NCBI GenBank assembly: GCA_963786955.1
Contig: CAWBAT010000005.1
Coordinates: 1,344,001-1,408,000, forward strand
Direction of reading: 5' to 3'
DNA length: 64,000 nucleotides
Source: an uncultured Acidimicrobiia bacterium
GTDB taxonomy: Bacteria; Acidobacteriota; Terriglobia; Versatilivoradales; Versatilivoraceae
Of this stretch, positions 1 through 12,897 are shown in pieces. The number at the start of each line of letters is the position of its first letter. The stretch's first letter is position 1. The position numbers and the translations under genes were made by a program. The notes beneath the pieces are model-generated. The model was not told the origin of the DNA. It did no database searches and saw nothing but the letters and a program-made list of their open reading frames with translations.

Positions 1-383
1 GTATCCCGAAAAAAAGAAGGGTCATTCACGGCAATTCCCTTTAAGTAGACCGGCTGCTGGCGTCCCGCAATGATGAGAACCACCTGGTAGATGGCAGGCA
101 AGGCGGTCTGTACCCCGGGGACACTCTTGATCTTTTCGGCGAGAGCAGGGTAATTCGAGATCCCATACCGGATCTCTTTGGGGAGCACATTGATGTGGGA
201 GGTTCCCCGCAAAAGTTTGTTTTGCAAATCTTCGCGAAACCCGGCACTGATTGAAAGAGCCACGATTAATGCCATGACCCCGGACGTTACTCCCAAGATG
301 GAGATCACGGTGATCACAGAAATGACAGTCTGTTTTCGTTTAGCTTTGAGGTAGCGAAGCGCGACGAACAGCTCGAACTTCAT
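1..383 (-). CDS. Lipoprotein-releasing ABC transporter permease LolC/E family (5' part; runs off window)
   Basis: Manual translation from ATG at 383: MKFELFVALRYLKAKRKQTVISVITVISILGVTSGVMALIVALSISAGFREDLQNKLL, a typical LolC/E N-terminus; lies directly downstream of lysS. Confidence 0.85.
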   Translation of the reverse strand, partial: MKFELFVALRYLKAKRKQTVISVITVISILGVTSGVMALIVALSISAGFREDLQNKLLRGTSHINVLPKEIRYGISNYPALAEKIKSVPGVQTALPAIYQVVLIIAGRQQPVYLKGIAVNDPSFFRD

Positions 384-387
384 GGAG

Positions 388-1929
388 TTACTCTCGTTTT
401 TCAGGACGCAAGTGAGGAAAGAGAATGACATCTCGTATGGAGCGCGAATTGGTGAAGAGCATCGTGAGCCGGTCGATACCAATCCCTTCACCGGCCGTGG
501 GAGGCATCCCAAAGCGAAGCGCCCGGAGGTAATCTTCGTCCATCTGGTGAGCTTCCTCGTCGCCTTTCTCCCGTTCGGAAACTTGGGCTTCAAAACGACG
601 TTGCTGCTCTTCCGGATCATTCAATTCACTGTAGGCATTGGCGATTTCCATGCCGCCCATGTACAGTTCAAATCGCTCCACCATTGAAGGGTCATCCGCT
701 TTGGTTTTACTGAGCGGGGAGAGCTCGATTGGATAGTCATAAATGATTGTGGGTTGAATCAAATGCCTCTCTACTACCGCTTCAAATAATGCACCCAATA
801 AAGCCCCGTTCGAAAGGCTTTGGCTTATTGGAATAGTCTCTAGTGAATGGCTCCCCGCATATTCATTCCATTGGCGCGCCCTATTCAACAGAGAACCTGA
901 AACTTGTAGCTCTTCAGGATTCAGGGAAGGGAGGTGAGGAGAGGGCCAGAAGTGAAGAATGGCTTCCTTTAGCGAGTAGCGCTCCCAATGGAAAAGCGAG
1001 ATGTGCTGACCGTCATACTCAAATTCTTCTTTCCCCAGTAAATTCCGGGCTAATTGCTTTAAAAGCTCTTCCGTGAGATCCATCAGATCCCGATAGTCAC
1101 TATAGGATTGATAGAATTCGAGCATCGTGAACTCAGGATTATGCTGGGTTGAAATCCCTTCATTTCGAAAATTGCGGTTAATTTCATAAACTCGCTCCAG
1201 CTGGCCTACGATGAGTCGCTTCAAGTAGAGTTCAGGAGCAATTCGCAGGAAGAGATCCATGTCTAGTGCATTGTGATGAGTCTTGAAGGGACGAGCCGTT
1301 GCGCCTCCAGCCAGAGGCTGCATCATGGGCGTTTCCACCTCGACGTAACCGCGTGCATCCAAGAAACTCCGGATCTCTTTGATTACTTTGCTGCGAATGA
1401 CAAAAACCTCTCTGGAATCTTTATTGGAGATCAAGTCGAGATACCGCTGCCGATAGCGAATCTCTACATCCGCAAGCCCGTGCCATTTCTCAGGCAACGG
1501 CAAAAGAGACTTGGCAAGGAAAGTAAGTTTCTGGGCATGAACGGTAAGCTCATTGGTTTTGGTCCGGAACAAATACCCTTCAATCCCAATGAAATCGCCA
1601 ATGTCCAACAGCTTGTAAAGAGCGAAGTCCTGCTCTTCAAGATCATCTTTCCGAATGTAGGCCTGAAGGGACACATTTCCATTGGAGATATTGAGGAATC
1701 CGGCTTTTCCTTGCCCACGCATTGCCACGACTCGCCCGCAGACACGCACGATGATTTTCTCGGCTTCGAGGGATTCCTTGGAAGAGTCTTGATACAGCAC
1801 CAAGAGGTGGTCAATGGTGTGCGAGTAGTCGTAGCGATGAGGGTATGCGTGAAAACCCAGCTGCTGGATCGATTCGAGCTTTGAATAACGCTGGGCAACC
1901 AGTTCGGGTTTGTTCTTGGTATCGGACAA
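388..1929 (-). CDS. lysS: Lysine--tRNA ligase (class II)
   Basis: [44 protein letters not shown] and [15 protein letters not shown] motifs. Confidence 0.98.
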   Translation of the reverse strand: MSDTKNKPELVAQRYSKLESIQQLGFHAYPHRYDYSHTIDHLLVLYQDSSKESLEAEKIIVRVCGRVVAMRGQGKAGFLNISNGNVSLQAYIRKDDLEEQDFALYKLLDIGDFIGIEGYLFRTKTNELTVHAQKLTFLAKSLLPLPEKWHGLADVEIRYRQRYLDLISNKDSREVFVIRSKVIKEIRSFLDARGYVEVETPMMQPLAGGATARPFKTHHNALDMDLFLRIAPELYLKRLIVGQLERVYEINRNFRNEGISTQHNPEFTMLEFYQSYSDYRDLMDLTEELLKQLARNLLGKEEFEYDGQHISLFHWERYSLKEAILHFWPSPHLPSLNPEELQVSGSLLNRARQWNEYAGSHSLETIPISQSLSNGALLGALFEAVVERHLIQPTIIYDYPIELSPLSKTKADDPSMVERFELYMGGMEIANAYSELNDPEEQQRRFEAQVSEREKGDEEAHQMDEDYLRALRFGMPPTAGEGIGIDRLTMLFTNSRSIRDVILFPHLRPEKRE

Positions 1930-1954
1930 TGACCTTATTTCTCCTTCAGTGAAA

Positions 1955-2419
1955 TCAAGACCGATTTGGCTCGAGTGGCGTTTCGACCGGCTCTTTCGCG
2001 GACTGGTCCGGCCCTTCCCGCTCTTTTCGGATGCTGTCCAAAATTCCGTTGATGAAAAGAATTGATTCGTGGGTGCTGAACTTCCGAGCGACTTCCAAAG
2101 CCTCGTTAATCACCACCGCACAGGGCGTTCCGGTTTCATGGAGCAGTTCAAAGGTGGCCATCCTTAAGATGTTCCGGTCAACGGCCGGCATCCGGGGCAG
2201 ACGCCAGTGTTCCGCATGACTCGCCAATAACTCATCTATTCTCTCGACATTTTCAATGGTTCCTTCAACGAGCTGATCCGAAAAACACCGCACGTCGTCA
2301 TCGGCCTCCTTATGGAGTGTCCAGAACGAATCTCGGACATCCTCGTAGGCTTCTTTGGAAAAATCCCATTGAAAAAGCATTTGAAGAGCCAATTCCCGGC
2401 TCTTTCGTCGACCCGCCAT
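1955..2419 (-). CDS. nusB: Transcription antitermination factor NusB
   Basis: [34 protein letters not shown] and FINGILD; follows ribH. Confidence 0.96.
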   Translation of the reverse strand: MAGRRKSRELALQMLFQWDFSKEAYEDVRDSFWTLHKEADDDVRCFSDQLVEGTIENVERIDELLASHAEHWRLPRMPAVDRNILRMATFELLHETGTPCAVVINEALEVARKFSTHESILFINGILDSIRKEREGPDQSAKEPVETPLEPNRS

Positions 2420-2430
2420 TGCGTGATTCC

Positions 2431-2898
2431 TTAAAGCTGTTTGAGAAGATTCGCCATTTCGACGGCGCTCATCGCCGCTTCAAATCCTTTGTTCCCGGAT
2501 TTCAGTCCCGCCCTGTCGATGGCCTGTTCAACCGAATCTGCCGTCAGAACACCATAAGCGACCGGTATGCTGCCTTCTAAAGAAACCGAAGCAATGCCCT
2601 TTGTGACTTCACTGCTGATGTATTCAAAATGAGGCGTATCCCCGCGGATCAAGGTTCCCAGACAGATTATCGCGTCGTGTTTCTTCGATTCCGCCAGTCT
2701 TTTTGCAGCCAGCGGGATCTCAAATGATCCCGGAACTCGAACCACCGTGATATCTGATTCTGCAGTTCCGGATCTTTCCAGAGCGTCCAGTGCCCCCGCC
2801 AGCAAGCGACTGGTTATAAACTCATTAACGCGGCTGGCAACGATCGCAAACCGTAAACCGCTAGAAGTCAAATTCCCTTGGACTATTTTGGGCGCCAT
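2431..2898 (-). CDS. ribH: 6,7-dimethyl-8-ribityllumazine synthase
   Basis: [18 protein letters not shown] and GNKG motifs; ATG at 2898 is preceded by GGAGG. Confidence 0.96.
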   Translation of the reverse strand: MAPKIVQGNLTSSGLRFAIVASRVNEFITSRLLAGALDALERSGTAESDITVVRVPGSFEIPLAAKRLAESKKHDAIICLGTLIRGDTPHFEYISSEVTKGIASVSLEGSIPVAYGVLTADSVEQAIDRAGLKSGNKGFEAAMSAVEMANLLKQL

Positions 2899-3179
2899 AA
2901 AACTACCTCCGCTGAGTGCAGGGCTCAGCAATGAGTTGAGCCCTTAAATCGCCGAAAAGGCCGTTGTAAAGCCAAACCAGCATGATATCAGGTTTTCGAG
3001 GTGAGTCTAGTGGAAATTACTCAGCTAAGATCAACAAGACAAATTGCTTAAGGACGGAGCGACCGGCATTATAGAGCTCGATCAGCCGAGAAAAGACTTA
3101 AAGCGAGAGAGCCAGGGGTTGATAAAATTCACTGCCGGCCTGGCACTGTATTAAAAGTCCCGGCCAGAGGATTTGAGAG

Positions 3180-3208
3180 TTGTTACCCTGTTATGCCTAG
3201 CTTAAGAT
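3180..3208 (+). promoter_or_regulatory. Sigma70-type promoter of the rhomboid gene, probably leaderless
   Basis: TTGTTA-17 bp-TAAGAT, then 6 nt to ATG 3215; no SD. Confidence 0.5.
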
Positions 3209-3214
3209 AGCCCC

Positions 3215-4132
3215 ATGTTCAGGCAACGATTCAATTGGAAATTCCAGCGCATTCTCCGGGAACTCGAAGAACGCCTGGATACATTTCAGAACCTCTGGCG
3301 AGGGACTCAAGTGAAGAACCGGATGTGTTCTTCTTGCCGAGCACTGGTGGATTCTGATGAGAGGGTTTGTCCCCACTGCCACGAGAGGTTGGGGCGGCGC
3401 ATTGGAGGCGTCGAAAAGCTTCTGCAGAATCTGATTCCGAACTTTGCTCCCGTTTCCTATATTGTGTTGACGATCAATTTTCTTTGGTTTGTCATCATCT
3501 TCGTTTCACAGCGTGAATCCACTGGCCAGGATTTGAGAATGTTTCTGATGGGAGGGAGTGTCAAAAGCATCGTTCAGTGGGGAGGAGATGCTGCGCTGCT
3601 TGTTTCACAAGGCCAGTGGTGGCGTTTGGTTTCGGCCATTTTCGTTCACATCGGGGTCATTCATTTGTTGTTCAACTCCTATGCCCTCATTTTCATCGGA
3701 CCGCTTATAGAAGAGTTGCTCGGTCGAGAACGGTTTCTAGTCATCTATGTTGGAACCGGAGTTCTAGGCTTTGTGTTGAGCAATGTCTATTACCATCCGG
3801 TCCATGTCACGGCAGGGGCATCTGGAGCTATTTTCGGCCTTATTGGCACGGGGATCATCCTTTCCAGAAAGTGGGCCGCGTGGGGAAGCCTATTAAAAGA
3901 ACAACTGGTTCATTGGGCTATCTATGGTCTGGGTTATGGATTATTAGTAGGAGCCAATAATGCCGCCCATATTGGTGGATTCCTCTCAGGCATGGGGATT
4001 GCCTTCCTTCTCCGCAATCCGGCATTGAGTACATCCCGAGAAGAAATCTCGTGGAGAATCCTCTATTGGGTCGTTTTATTGCTGACGATCGCATCCCTCG
4101 TTTTGGCCTTGCTTTCGGGAACCACATCTTAA
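3215..4132 (+). CDS. Rhomboid intramembrane serine protease with N-terminal zinc ribbon
   Basis: WWRL, HxxxxHLLFN, GASG catalytic Ser, AHIGG catalytic His; N-terminal CxxC...CxxC. Confidence 0.92.
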   Translation: MFRQRFNWKFQRILRELEERLDTFQNLWRGTQVKNRMCSSCRALVDSDERVCPHCHERLGRRIGGVEKLLQNLIPNFAPVSYIVLTINFLWFVIIFVSQRESTGQDLRMFLMGGSVKSIVQWGGDAALLVSQGQWWRLVSAIFVHIGVIHLLFNSYALIFIGPLIEELLGRERFLVIYVGTGVLGFVLSNVYYHPVHVTAGASGAIFGLIGTGIILSRKWAAWGSLLKEQLVHWAIYGLGYGLLVGANNAAHIGGFLSGMGIAFLLRNPALSTSREEISWRILYWVVLLLTIASLVLALLSGTTS

Positions 4133-4187
4133 ATTTCTGCTCGGGTTTTGAGATTGGGTGGCGAAGCGGAGCATGGCTGCGACAAGT

Positions 4188-5204
4188 CTATAGCGTCACC
4201 AGAACCCCGGCTCCCTGGATCTGCCCGGATCGTAATGCCGAGAGGGCTTCGTTGGCTTCCCTTAGGGGGAAAACAACAACCTCGCATTTTACCGGAATCT
4301 GAAGAGCGAGGGCTAGAAACTCCTGCCCGTCTCGACGCGTCAGATTTGCCACTGAGCGGATGACTCGCTCCCCCCAAAGCAGGGAATAGGGGAAGGACGG
4401 GATGTCACTCATATGGATGCCTGCGCAAACCACGGTTCCACCCTTAATGACGGACTGCAAGGCGAGCGGAACCAGTTCTCCTATAGGAGCAAAGATAATG
4501 GCGGCATCCAAAGGGCTTGGGCAGAGATGCGACGAATCTCCCGCCCAGACTGCCCCCAGTCTGCGAGCATGGGATTGGCTCGCGACATCGCCAGGGCGCG
4601 TGAAAGCGTAAATCTCGCGTCCTTGATAACGGGCCACTTGAATCAAAATGTGAGCGGCGGCGCCAAAGCCATAAAAACCCAGGCGCCTGGCATCACCCGC
4701 GAGCTTGAGCGAGCGATAACCGATCAGACCGGCGCACAAAAGAGGAGCGGTCTGAAGATCCGGGTATCGCGAAGGAATTGGAAAGCAAAAACGCTCATCG
4801 GCGACGGTGTATTCAGCATATCCTCCATCGAGCTGGTAACCCGTGAATCGAGCTTGATCACAAAGATTTTCCCTTCCGTCGGTGCAGAACGAGCAGTGAC
4901 CACAAGTCCATCCCAGCCAAGGGACGCCAACACGGTCCCCAAGTTTGATCGTACTCACCTCCGCTCCCAAGGCCACGACTGTCCCTACAATTTGGTGGCC
5001 TGGAATCAATGGCAATTTCGGCTGTGTCAGTTCTCCATCCACGACATGGAGATCGGTTCTGCAGATCCCGCAAGCCTGAACGCGCAAGAGGACTTGCTTC
5101 GACTCTGGCTTTGGAACGGGGACTTGCTTCGGGACTAATCCCTGGCGAGATTGCGCGAGAACCATTGCCAGCATCGTAGAGCGGATATTTCGGCCCATAG
5201 GCAC
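4188..5204 (-). CDS. Zinc-dependent alcohol dehydrogenase family protein (start uncertain)
   Basis: CGICRTDLH, IPGHQIVG, CGHCSFC...C structural Zn site, APLLCAGLIGY. Confidence 0.93.
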   Translation of the reverse strand: MPMGRNIRSTMLAMVLAQSRQGLVPKQVPVPKPESKQVLLRVQACGICRTDLHVVDGELTQPKLPLIPGHQIVGTVVALGAEVSTIKLGDRVGVPWLGWTCGHCSFCTDGRENLCDQARFTGYQLDGGYAEYTVADERFCFPIPSRYPDLQTAPLLCAGLIGYRSLKLAGDARRLGFYGFGAAAHILIQVARYQGREIYAFTRPGDVASQSHARRLGAVWAGDSSHLCPSPLDAAIIFAPIGELVPLALQSVIKGGTVVCAGIHMSDIPSFPYSLLWGERVIRSVANLTRRDGQEFLALALQIPVKCEVVVFPLREANEALSALRSGQIQGAGVLVTL

Positions 5205-5270
5205 GGATTTAAAAGGCGCTTGAATTTGTCACGCAATGGGGGAATGAGGCTTAACTTTGTTGTCGCAGTG

Positions 5271-5473
5271 ATCCCAAATTCCGAAGTAGCTTCAGCGTCG
5301 CTAGGTGGAGCGGGCGCTCCCGCGCACGCTCAATGAACGCACGGCGGAGCGTGCGTTCCACCTGAATCTGCAGGTCGTCGGTATACTTTTCCACTTTCTT
5401 GAGCGCCTTGTAAGTCTAAGGAAAATCAGCAATTCGATAGAAATTCCGCCCGCCGAATTTCGGAATTCGGGGT
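5271..5473. mobile_element. MITE-like element family A (about 200 bp, TIRs, internal GTGG...CCAC REP doublet)
   Basis: Ends atcccaaattccgaagt and atttcggaattcggggt are imperfect inverted repeats; body recurs at 37307, 44774 and 61645. Confidence 0.8.
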
Positions 5474-5475
5474 AA

Positions 5476-6105
5476 TTAGCTCTCACAACCACACTTTGCA
5501 CCGCGAATCGCCGCAATGCCTTCCTTTACCATCAATGGAACCATCAGCAACCCGGCGACTGGATCCGCCCACCACCATCCCAGCGAAGCATTCAATGACA
5601 AGCCCGCGAGCAAGATGAGCGACAGATAGGCGCAGAGATCGGACTGGCGAGAATCGGCATGAAGTGCTCGACTGTCAATCTTCACCGCGACCCGGCGCTT
5701 GGCGCGCGCCAATACGGGCATCACAATAAGCGATGCGATTGCCAGGCAGATCCCTACAAGACTGGTTTCAGGAGGCTCACGCTTGAATAGAACTTTTCCC
5801 GATCCCCCTCCAACATAAATGGCTAACACGAGAAAACTGATCCCCACTAAGCGGAGTGCCCGTTTCTCGCGGGTATCATTGTCGGGATGCTCGCGGAGCC
5901 GCCAAATGAGAGCAACTCCAGAGAGACTCTCAATTAAGGAGTCAATGCCAAATCCAATGAGGGAAATACTTCCAGCGGCGAGGCCACTAGACGCAGCAAC
6001 ACATGCTTCGAACAGATTCCACCCGATGGTGAAATATTCAAGCTGCCTCCCACGTTTCATAAAACCAGAGTGCGAAGCGCAGGTCTCTAAAACGGTTTCA
6101 GTCAT
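5476..6105 (-). CDS. Cation efflux (CDF-like) membrane transporter
   Basis: LIGFGIDSLIES, ALHADS and WWWADPVAGL motifs; multiple TM segments; TATAAT lies 6 nt before ATG 6105. Confidence 0.85.
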   Translation of the reverse strand: MTETVLETCASHSGFMKRGRQLEYFTIGWNLFEACVAASSGLAAGSISLIGFGIDSLIESLSGVALIWRLREHPDNDTREKRALRLVGISFLVLAIYVGGGSGKVLFKREPPETSLVGICLAIASLIVMPVLARAKRRVAVKIDSRALHADSRQSDLCAYLSLILLAGLSLNASLGWWWADPVAGLLMVPLMVKEGIAAIRGAKCGCES

Positions 6106-6241
6106 TGTCTGATTATACACCGGAGTCTGTCTATCCAGAGATTCTGCTAGATGGCAAGGATCATTCTATCTGGCCATGACCGCCCGGTGCCATATCATTA
6201 TGATGAGCTTACCAGCGGAGAACGTCTCCGAGGGAAAGGAA

Positions 6242-6275
6242 AAGGCCGCTCCTCTGCTGCCAGAAAAGCGGCCTT
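6242..6275 (-). terminator. Intrinsic terminator of the OMP gene
   Basis: aaggccgct...agcggcctt stem followed by a T-rich tail on the minus strand. Confidence 0.6.
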
Positions 6276-6313
6276 GGTTTATCCTAAGAGAACCGAATCC
6301 ATACTATTCTGAA

Positions 6314-6961
6314 CTACTTGCCTCCGAAGTAGTAGACGACTCCCGCCGTGTAGCGGAAGTTGTTCTGGTTATTCGTCAGCGTGTAAGGATTGGTGTAGCG
6401 GGTCAATATCCAATCGATTTCTACGGGCCGGATCGCAAAGTTCTTAGAAACTTTCACGTCAAGGCCGCCACCGAACGCCATGGTGAATGGGTGTTGGGTC
6501 CCAGAGGCAACATTCCCCCCCACCCCATTAAAGGCTTCGGCCACGTTGGCGTACGCATTGCTGTTCGAACCTCCGAAGAGCAACTCACCGAAGACATTTA
6601 CTTTCGAGGTGCGATAGGTGATTTGAGGTCCGAATAAATAGGTAAACATATTGCCCTGAGTGGTAATCGGAGCAATTGTTGCAAGACCTCCGCTCCCAGG
6701 GATTGGAGTATTCGCGGGGATGGTGTAGTTGGTGCTGCCATAGCCCATGAACTCGGCTTTGATTCCGATAAAATTGTTGAGATTAAATGTGACTCCGCCG
6801 CCACCGCCGTTGAAGCTGGTGTTGCGGATACCCGGAAGGGTTGGATTAAAGCGAAAATAGGAGTACTCCCCAAAAATTTCTGCCTTGGGCGCGTCATCCG
6901 CGATAGCTGGAACTGCATAAGCACATAAAAGGGCAGCAAGAAGTACTAATTTACTCTTCAT
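6314..6961 (-). CDS. Outer membrane beta-barrel protein
   Basis: Signal peptide; AEIFGEYSYFR, FTYLFGP, FTMAFGGGLD and C-terminal FRYTAGVVYYF; strong SD. Confidence 0.85.
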   Translation of the reverse strand: MKSKLVLLAALLCAYAVPAIADDAPKAEIFGEYSYFRFNPTLPGIRNTSFNGGGGGVTFNLNNFIGIKAEFMGYGSTNYTIPANTPIPGSGGLATIAPITTQGNMFTYLFGPQITYRTSKVNVFGELLFGGSNSNAYANVAEAFNGVGGNVASGTQHPFTMAFGGGLDVKVSKNFAIRPVEIDWILTRYTNPYTLTNNQNNFRYTAGVVYYFGGK

Positions 6962-7688
6962 GTAAAGTATCCTCCTTAAGGATTAGGTACGTTGACATTC
7001 ACTTGCGAATTGTTCGCCTCGGGTAAAACGCAAAAAGGTGTTAGAGTAGATACCCAACACGCTCAAGTTCACCTCCTTCTCCTCGTTGAAATTCTCAAAC
7101 ACAGCCGTAAGTCGTTATGAAATTAAAGCTTACGGAAGAGTTCGACACCCTTTTATTCCTCCCAGCAGCTTAGGCGAACGGCACAGAAAACTCACTACCT
7201 CCTCTGAATCCTATAGATAATGTTAGAGTTGGATCTTTCAGACAGCCTTTCTTCCCTTCTGTTTTATGTCTTATGTCCTGCAGCGGTCACAGGTAGGGAG
7301 GATGCGTTTCGCGGATCGGTGGTTGTCTTCGAGGCTAGCCTTTACTCACAATTTACACTTGGCTAAGGGTTGGACAGCTAATGGGGATATCCTTGATATT
7401 CAATTCGTTGAGAATTGTTTTGAACTGATTACTCCGGCAATCCGAAGGGAATCAGAATCTCAGCGACTGATCTATAAGGATGGGGTAGCGTTCCTCCTTT
7501 TGACAATAGATTTTTGACGCGGTAAACAAAATTCTCGTCATGCACTTTCGCCAGTGGGCTGAAGGGTGCAAGACTTGGAACCAGTAGCCAAGGGCCAATG
7601 ATTCCGAATGTATAGTAACTGATTTGTGGGAGGATTTCAATTTTTTAGATCTGTTCGCGGTTATGCGTTAGTTATCGGGGGAATTTCT

Positions 7689-7742
7689 GGTAGGGCGCGC
7701 TCGCCGAGCGCGCCGCGGACGGCCCGGCGGTCCGTCCCTACC
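7689..7742. repeat. REP doublet (GTAG...CTAC type)
   Basis: ggtaggg-cgcgctcgccgagcgcg-...-ggacggcccggcggtccgt-ccctacc: two hairpins within inverted ends. Confidence 0.75.
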
Positions 7743-7872
7743 CACTCAGCCGCTACAGAAGCGACAATCTCAAATCGTCACCGAATGCCTTGCCCTTACA
7801 GATTTCCCCCCGTAACTAACGCATTACTGTTCGCGGTCTAATCTGGGGTCTTACCCCACAAGTACCAGCACT

Positions 7873-8058
7873 TCAGCGCACCGCGGATAGTTCCATTTTA
7901 GAAGTGAGAGCCTCCTCCAATTTTTGACCAAGCCCTTCTGCCACGCCCTAGCCATATTGGGGATCAGCCTTGAAGACGTGCTGGATTTGCCGAGCTTGAA
8001 TGTCTCGGGGCACAGTCCACATGCTTGCAACAATGTTTCCGATCAGCCGAGCCTGCGC
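7873..8058 (-). pseudogene. C-terminal remnant of a monofunctional heme catalase (KatA/KatE type)
   Basis: Manual translation AQARLIGNIVASMWTVPRDIQARQIQHVFKADPQYG*GVAEGLG matches the catalase C-terminal helices (RLxxNI...VP..IQ.RQ..HF.KADP.YG.GVA..LG); internal TAG at 7948-7950. Confidence 0.75.
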
Positions 8059-8090
8059 AGTATAACACCTTTAAGACCTATCCTCTGAGA

Positions 8091-10319
<2,229 letters not shown>

Positions 10320-10343
10320 TTATGAGATTTTTTTATTAATGGC

Positions 10344-10850
10344 CTATGATCGCTTCTTTTGTCTTTGCCCTTTGCGCAGGGACGTTGCAGGTTCGGAAGT
10401 TGGGATGGCTCCAGCACAACCCGCACAAGTTCCTCGAAACTGAATTGAGTAATCGGTGAGCTCAAAATCATGGATCAGTGCGTCAGGGAAGGGAAGATTG
10501 TCGAGGCGAGGGTCATCAAGGTCGATCATCCGGCCGCATTGGATACAAACCAAATGGTGATGTCGGTGCGATTCAACCTCAAACCGTGCCGCTGCGCCAG
10601 GGTGGCATACCTTACGAGCCAGGTTGATCCGGACCAGGGTCTCCAGGACCCGGTATACCGTGGTGCGCGATACTCCCGGAAGGAGAATGGCGACATCTTC
10701 AGCGATCTGATCCGCGGTCGGGTGATCGTGGCGATGCAAAAGAGCTTTCAGAATGACCCGGCGTTGCACCGTCAAAGGGATACCGTTCTGACGGCACAAC
10801 TTTTCGAATTCGGCCATCTTCGTGGGTAGACTGATTGGTGCTCCCATCAT
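10344..10850 (-). CDS. Fur-family regulator, PerR/FurA-like
   Basis: LTVQRRVIL, HPTAD, SRTTVYRVL, HHHLVCIQC and CAGC; directly upstream of katG. Confidence 0.93.
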   Translation of the reverse strand: MMGAPISLPTKMAEFEKLCRQNGIPLTVQRRVILKALLHRHDHPTADQIAEDVAILLPGVSRTTVYRVLETLVRINLARKVCHPGAAARFEVESHRHHHLVCIQCGRMIDLDDPRLDNLPFPDALIHDFELTDYSIQFRGTCAGCAGAIPTSEPATSLRKGQRQKKRS

Positions 10851-10851
10851 A

Positions 10852-10885
10852 TTGCAACATTATTGCAAAAGATATATTTTGTCAA
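10852..10885 (-). promoter_or_regulatory. perR-katG promoter with overlapping palindromic operator
   Basis: TTGACA (10885-10880); TGc-AATAAT -10; near-perfect palindrome TTGCAACATTATTGCAA at 10852-10868. Confidence 0.6.
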
Positions 10886-11012
10886 CCGCTACTATTTATT
10901 ATTCCTATTCTTTTTCCTTCCCACCTGGAGGATCACGAATGCGAATCCCTTTGGTTATCAATACGACTCGTCTCGTTGAGTCGCACCCTTTTTGACCCAT
11001 CCTTTTTGATTC

Positions 11013-11041
11013 TTGACAAAGTCCGGGATTATTCTTAAGAT
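11013..11041 (+). promoter_or_regulatory. Sigma70 promoter of glnA
   Basis: TTGACA-17 bp-TAAGAT. Confidence 0.7.
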
Positions 11042-11198
11042 TCCGCGCAATTTAGGGATTCATGCGTCGTCGCATGAGGTAAGCCTTGCCTTGGGACCAC
11101 GCAGTGCGGCGTGGGCAGATCTGCATTGCTGTCACTTTTGTCCCCAACTCCCAAACGATTATCCCAATACAAAATTTTTGTAAAAGGAGTGAGTCAGT

Positions 11199-12614
11199 AT
11201 GACCCCGAAAGAAGTTGTTAAATTTGTCAAAGACAAAGGTATCAAGATTATCGATTTCCGCTTTGTCGACATGCCGGGCCTTTGGCAGCATTTCACGATG
11301 AATGCCAAAGAACTCGAAGAAGATATGTTTGAGGAAGGAGTCGGTTTCGACGGATCGAGCATTCGAGGTTTCCAGAAAATTCAAGAAAGCGACATGCTCC
11401 TCATCCCCGATCCCAAGAGTGCTTTTGTGGACCCTTTTAGTTCTTTCCCACAGCTCAACCTCATCTGCAACGTCAAAGACCCCGTCACTTTGCAGCCATA
11501 CTCGCGTGACCCCCGGTACATTGCGCAAAAAGCCGAGAATTACCTCAAGTCCACGGGGATTGGCGACACCTGCTATTTTGGGCCGGAAGCGGAATTCTTC
11601 GTGTTTGACGATATCCGTTTTAATCAGTCCCAAAACGAAGGATTCTATTTCATCGATTCAAAGGAAGGGTTCTGGAATGCAGGCCGTGATGAGAAACCCA
11701 ACCTCGGATATAAGATCCGTTATAAAGAGGGATACTTCCCGGTGCCTCCGGCTGACAGCCTGCAGGATCTCCGTAGCGAAATGATGCTGACCATGGAGGA
11801 AATTGGTGTTCATGTGGAAGTGCACCACCACGAAGTGGCCACCGCAGGCCAATGCGAAATCGATATGCATTTTGATACGCTGACGGTCATGGGTGACAAC
11901 CTCCTCAAGTACAAGTATGTAGTCAAGAATGTAGCTAACAAACACGGAAAGACAGCCACCTTGATGCCGAAGCCGCTCTTCATGGACAATGGATCGGGAA
12001 TGCACGTTCACCAAAGTATTTGGAAAGGCGGGAAGAACGTATTTTACGAAGCGGGAGGCTATGCGGATCTGAGCAAGTCTGCCATCTATTACATCGGCGG
12101 CATTTTGAAACATGCACCTGCATTGCTGGCTTTCTGTGCTCCGACCACGAATTCTTACCGCCGACTTGTTCCGGGTTATGAGGCCCCTATCAATTTGATT
12201 TATTCGCAGCGGAACCGCAGCGCCAGCGTCCGCATCCCGGCGTACTCCCGCAGCGAGAAAGCCAAGAGAATTGAAGTACGATTCCCCGACCCTTCCTGCA
12301 ACGGGTATTTAGCGTTTAGTGCCTTGCTGATGGCAGGTCTGGACGGAATTCAGAATAAAATTGTTCCCCCCGATCCGATTGACAAGGATCTCTATGACCT
12401 CGAGCCGGAAGAGAAAGCTCATGTGAAATCAACTCCAGGAAGTTTGGAGGAAGTTCTTAACTCCCTCGAACGAGACCACGAGTTCCTGTTGAAAGGGGAT
12501 GTTTTCACGAAGGATGTGATTGAGACTTGGATTGACTACAAGCGGACTAAGGAAGTGGACGCTATCCGGTTGCGGCCACATCCATACGAGTTTTCACTTT
12601 ACTACGATATTTAA
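11199..12614 (+). CDS. glnA: Glutamine synthetase type I
   Basis: [44 protein letters not shown] and adenylylation loop DLY. Confidence 0.98.
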   Translation: MTPKEVVKFVKDKGIKIIDFRFVDMPGLWQHFTMNAKELEEDMFEEGVGFDGSSIRGFQKIQESDMLLIPDPKSAFVDPFSSFPQLNLICNVKDPVTLQPYSRDPRYIAQKAENYLKSTGIGDTCYFGPEAEFFVFDDIRFNQSQNEGFYFIDSKEGFWNAGRDEKPNLGYKIRYKEGYFPVPPADSLQDLRSEMMLTMEEIGVHVEVHHHEVATAGQCEIDMHFDTLTVMGDNLLKYKYVVKNVANKHGKTATLMPKPLFMDNGSGMHVHQSIWKGGKNVFYEAGGYADLSKSAIYYIGGILKHAPALLAFCAPTTNSYRRLVPGYEAPINLIYSQRNRSASVRIPAYSRSEKAKRIEVRFPDPSCNGYLAFSALLMAGLDGIQNKIVPPDPIDKDLYDLEPEEKAHVKSTPGSLEEVLNSLERDHEFLLKGDVFTKDVIETWIDYKRTKEVDAIRLRPHPYEFSLYYDI

Positions 12615-12701
12615 GGTCAGCACGGGGTTAGAGCATGTATCGACTGGTGTTTCTTGAAAAGGTAGATGCAAACCTCTAGATAGGATTGTAGGTCTTAACA
12701 T

Positions 12702-12739
12702 AACGCGGACTCCGAATTCTTTCGAGTCCGCGTTTTTTT
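12702..12739 (+). terminator. Intrinsic terminator of glnA
   Basis: aacgcggactc...gagtccgcgtt stem plus T-run. Confidence 0.85.
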
Positions 12740-12897
12740 CTGGGCGGGCATTCTGCAAAGAACCGAGAACCTCCCTCGACTAGAATTCCTTTCAAGCCCC
12801 ATGAGTCGCTATGCTATGATTTTTTTGGAGAGGCGCAATGACCCTTCAAATCTAGTCTGGATGAACCTTTTCAGACAATAGGAAAATCGAAAAGCTT

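Noticed and set aside
2900-3180. FMN riboswitch upstream of ribH
   Set aside because: Only one simple hairpin; no RFN consensus seen.
11100-11130. Sigma54 promoter for glnA
   Set aside because: GG-N10-GC spacing is not met, and a good sigma70 promoter is present.
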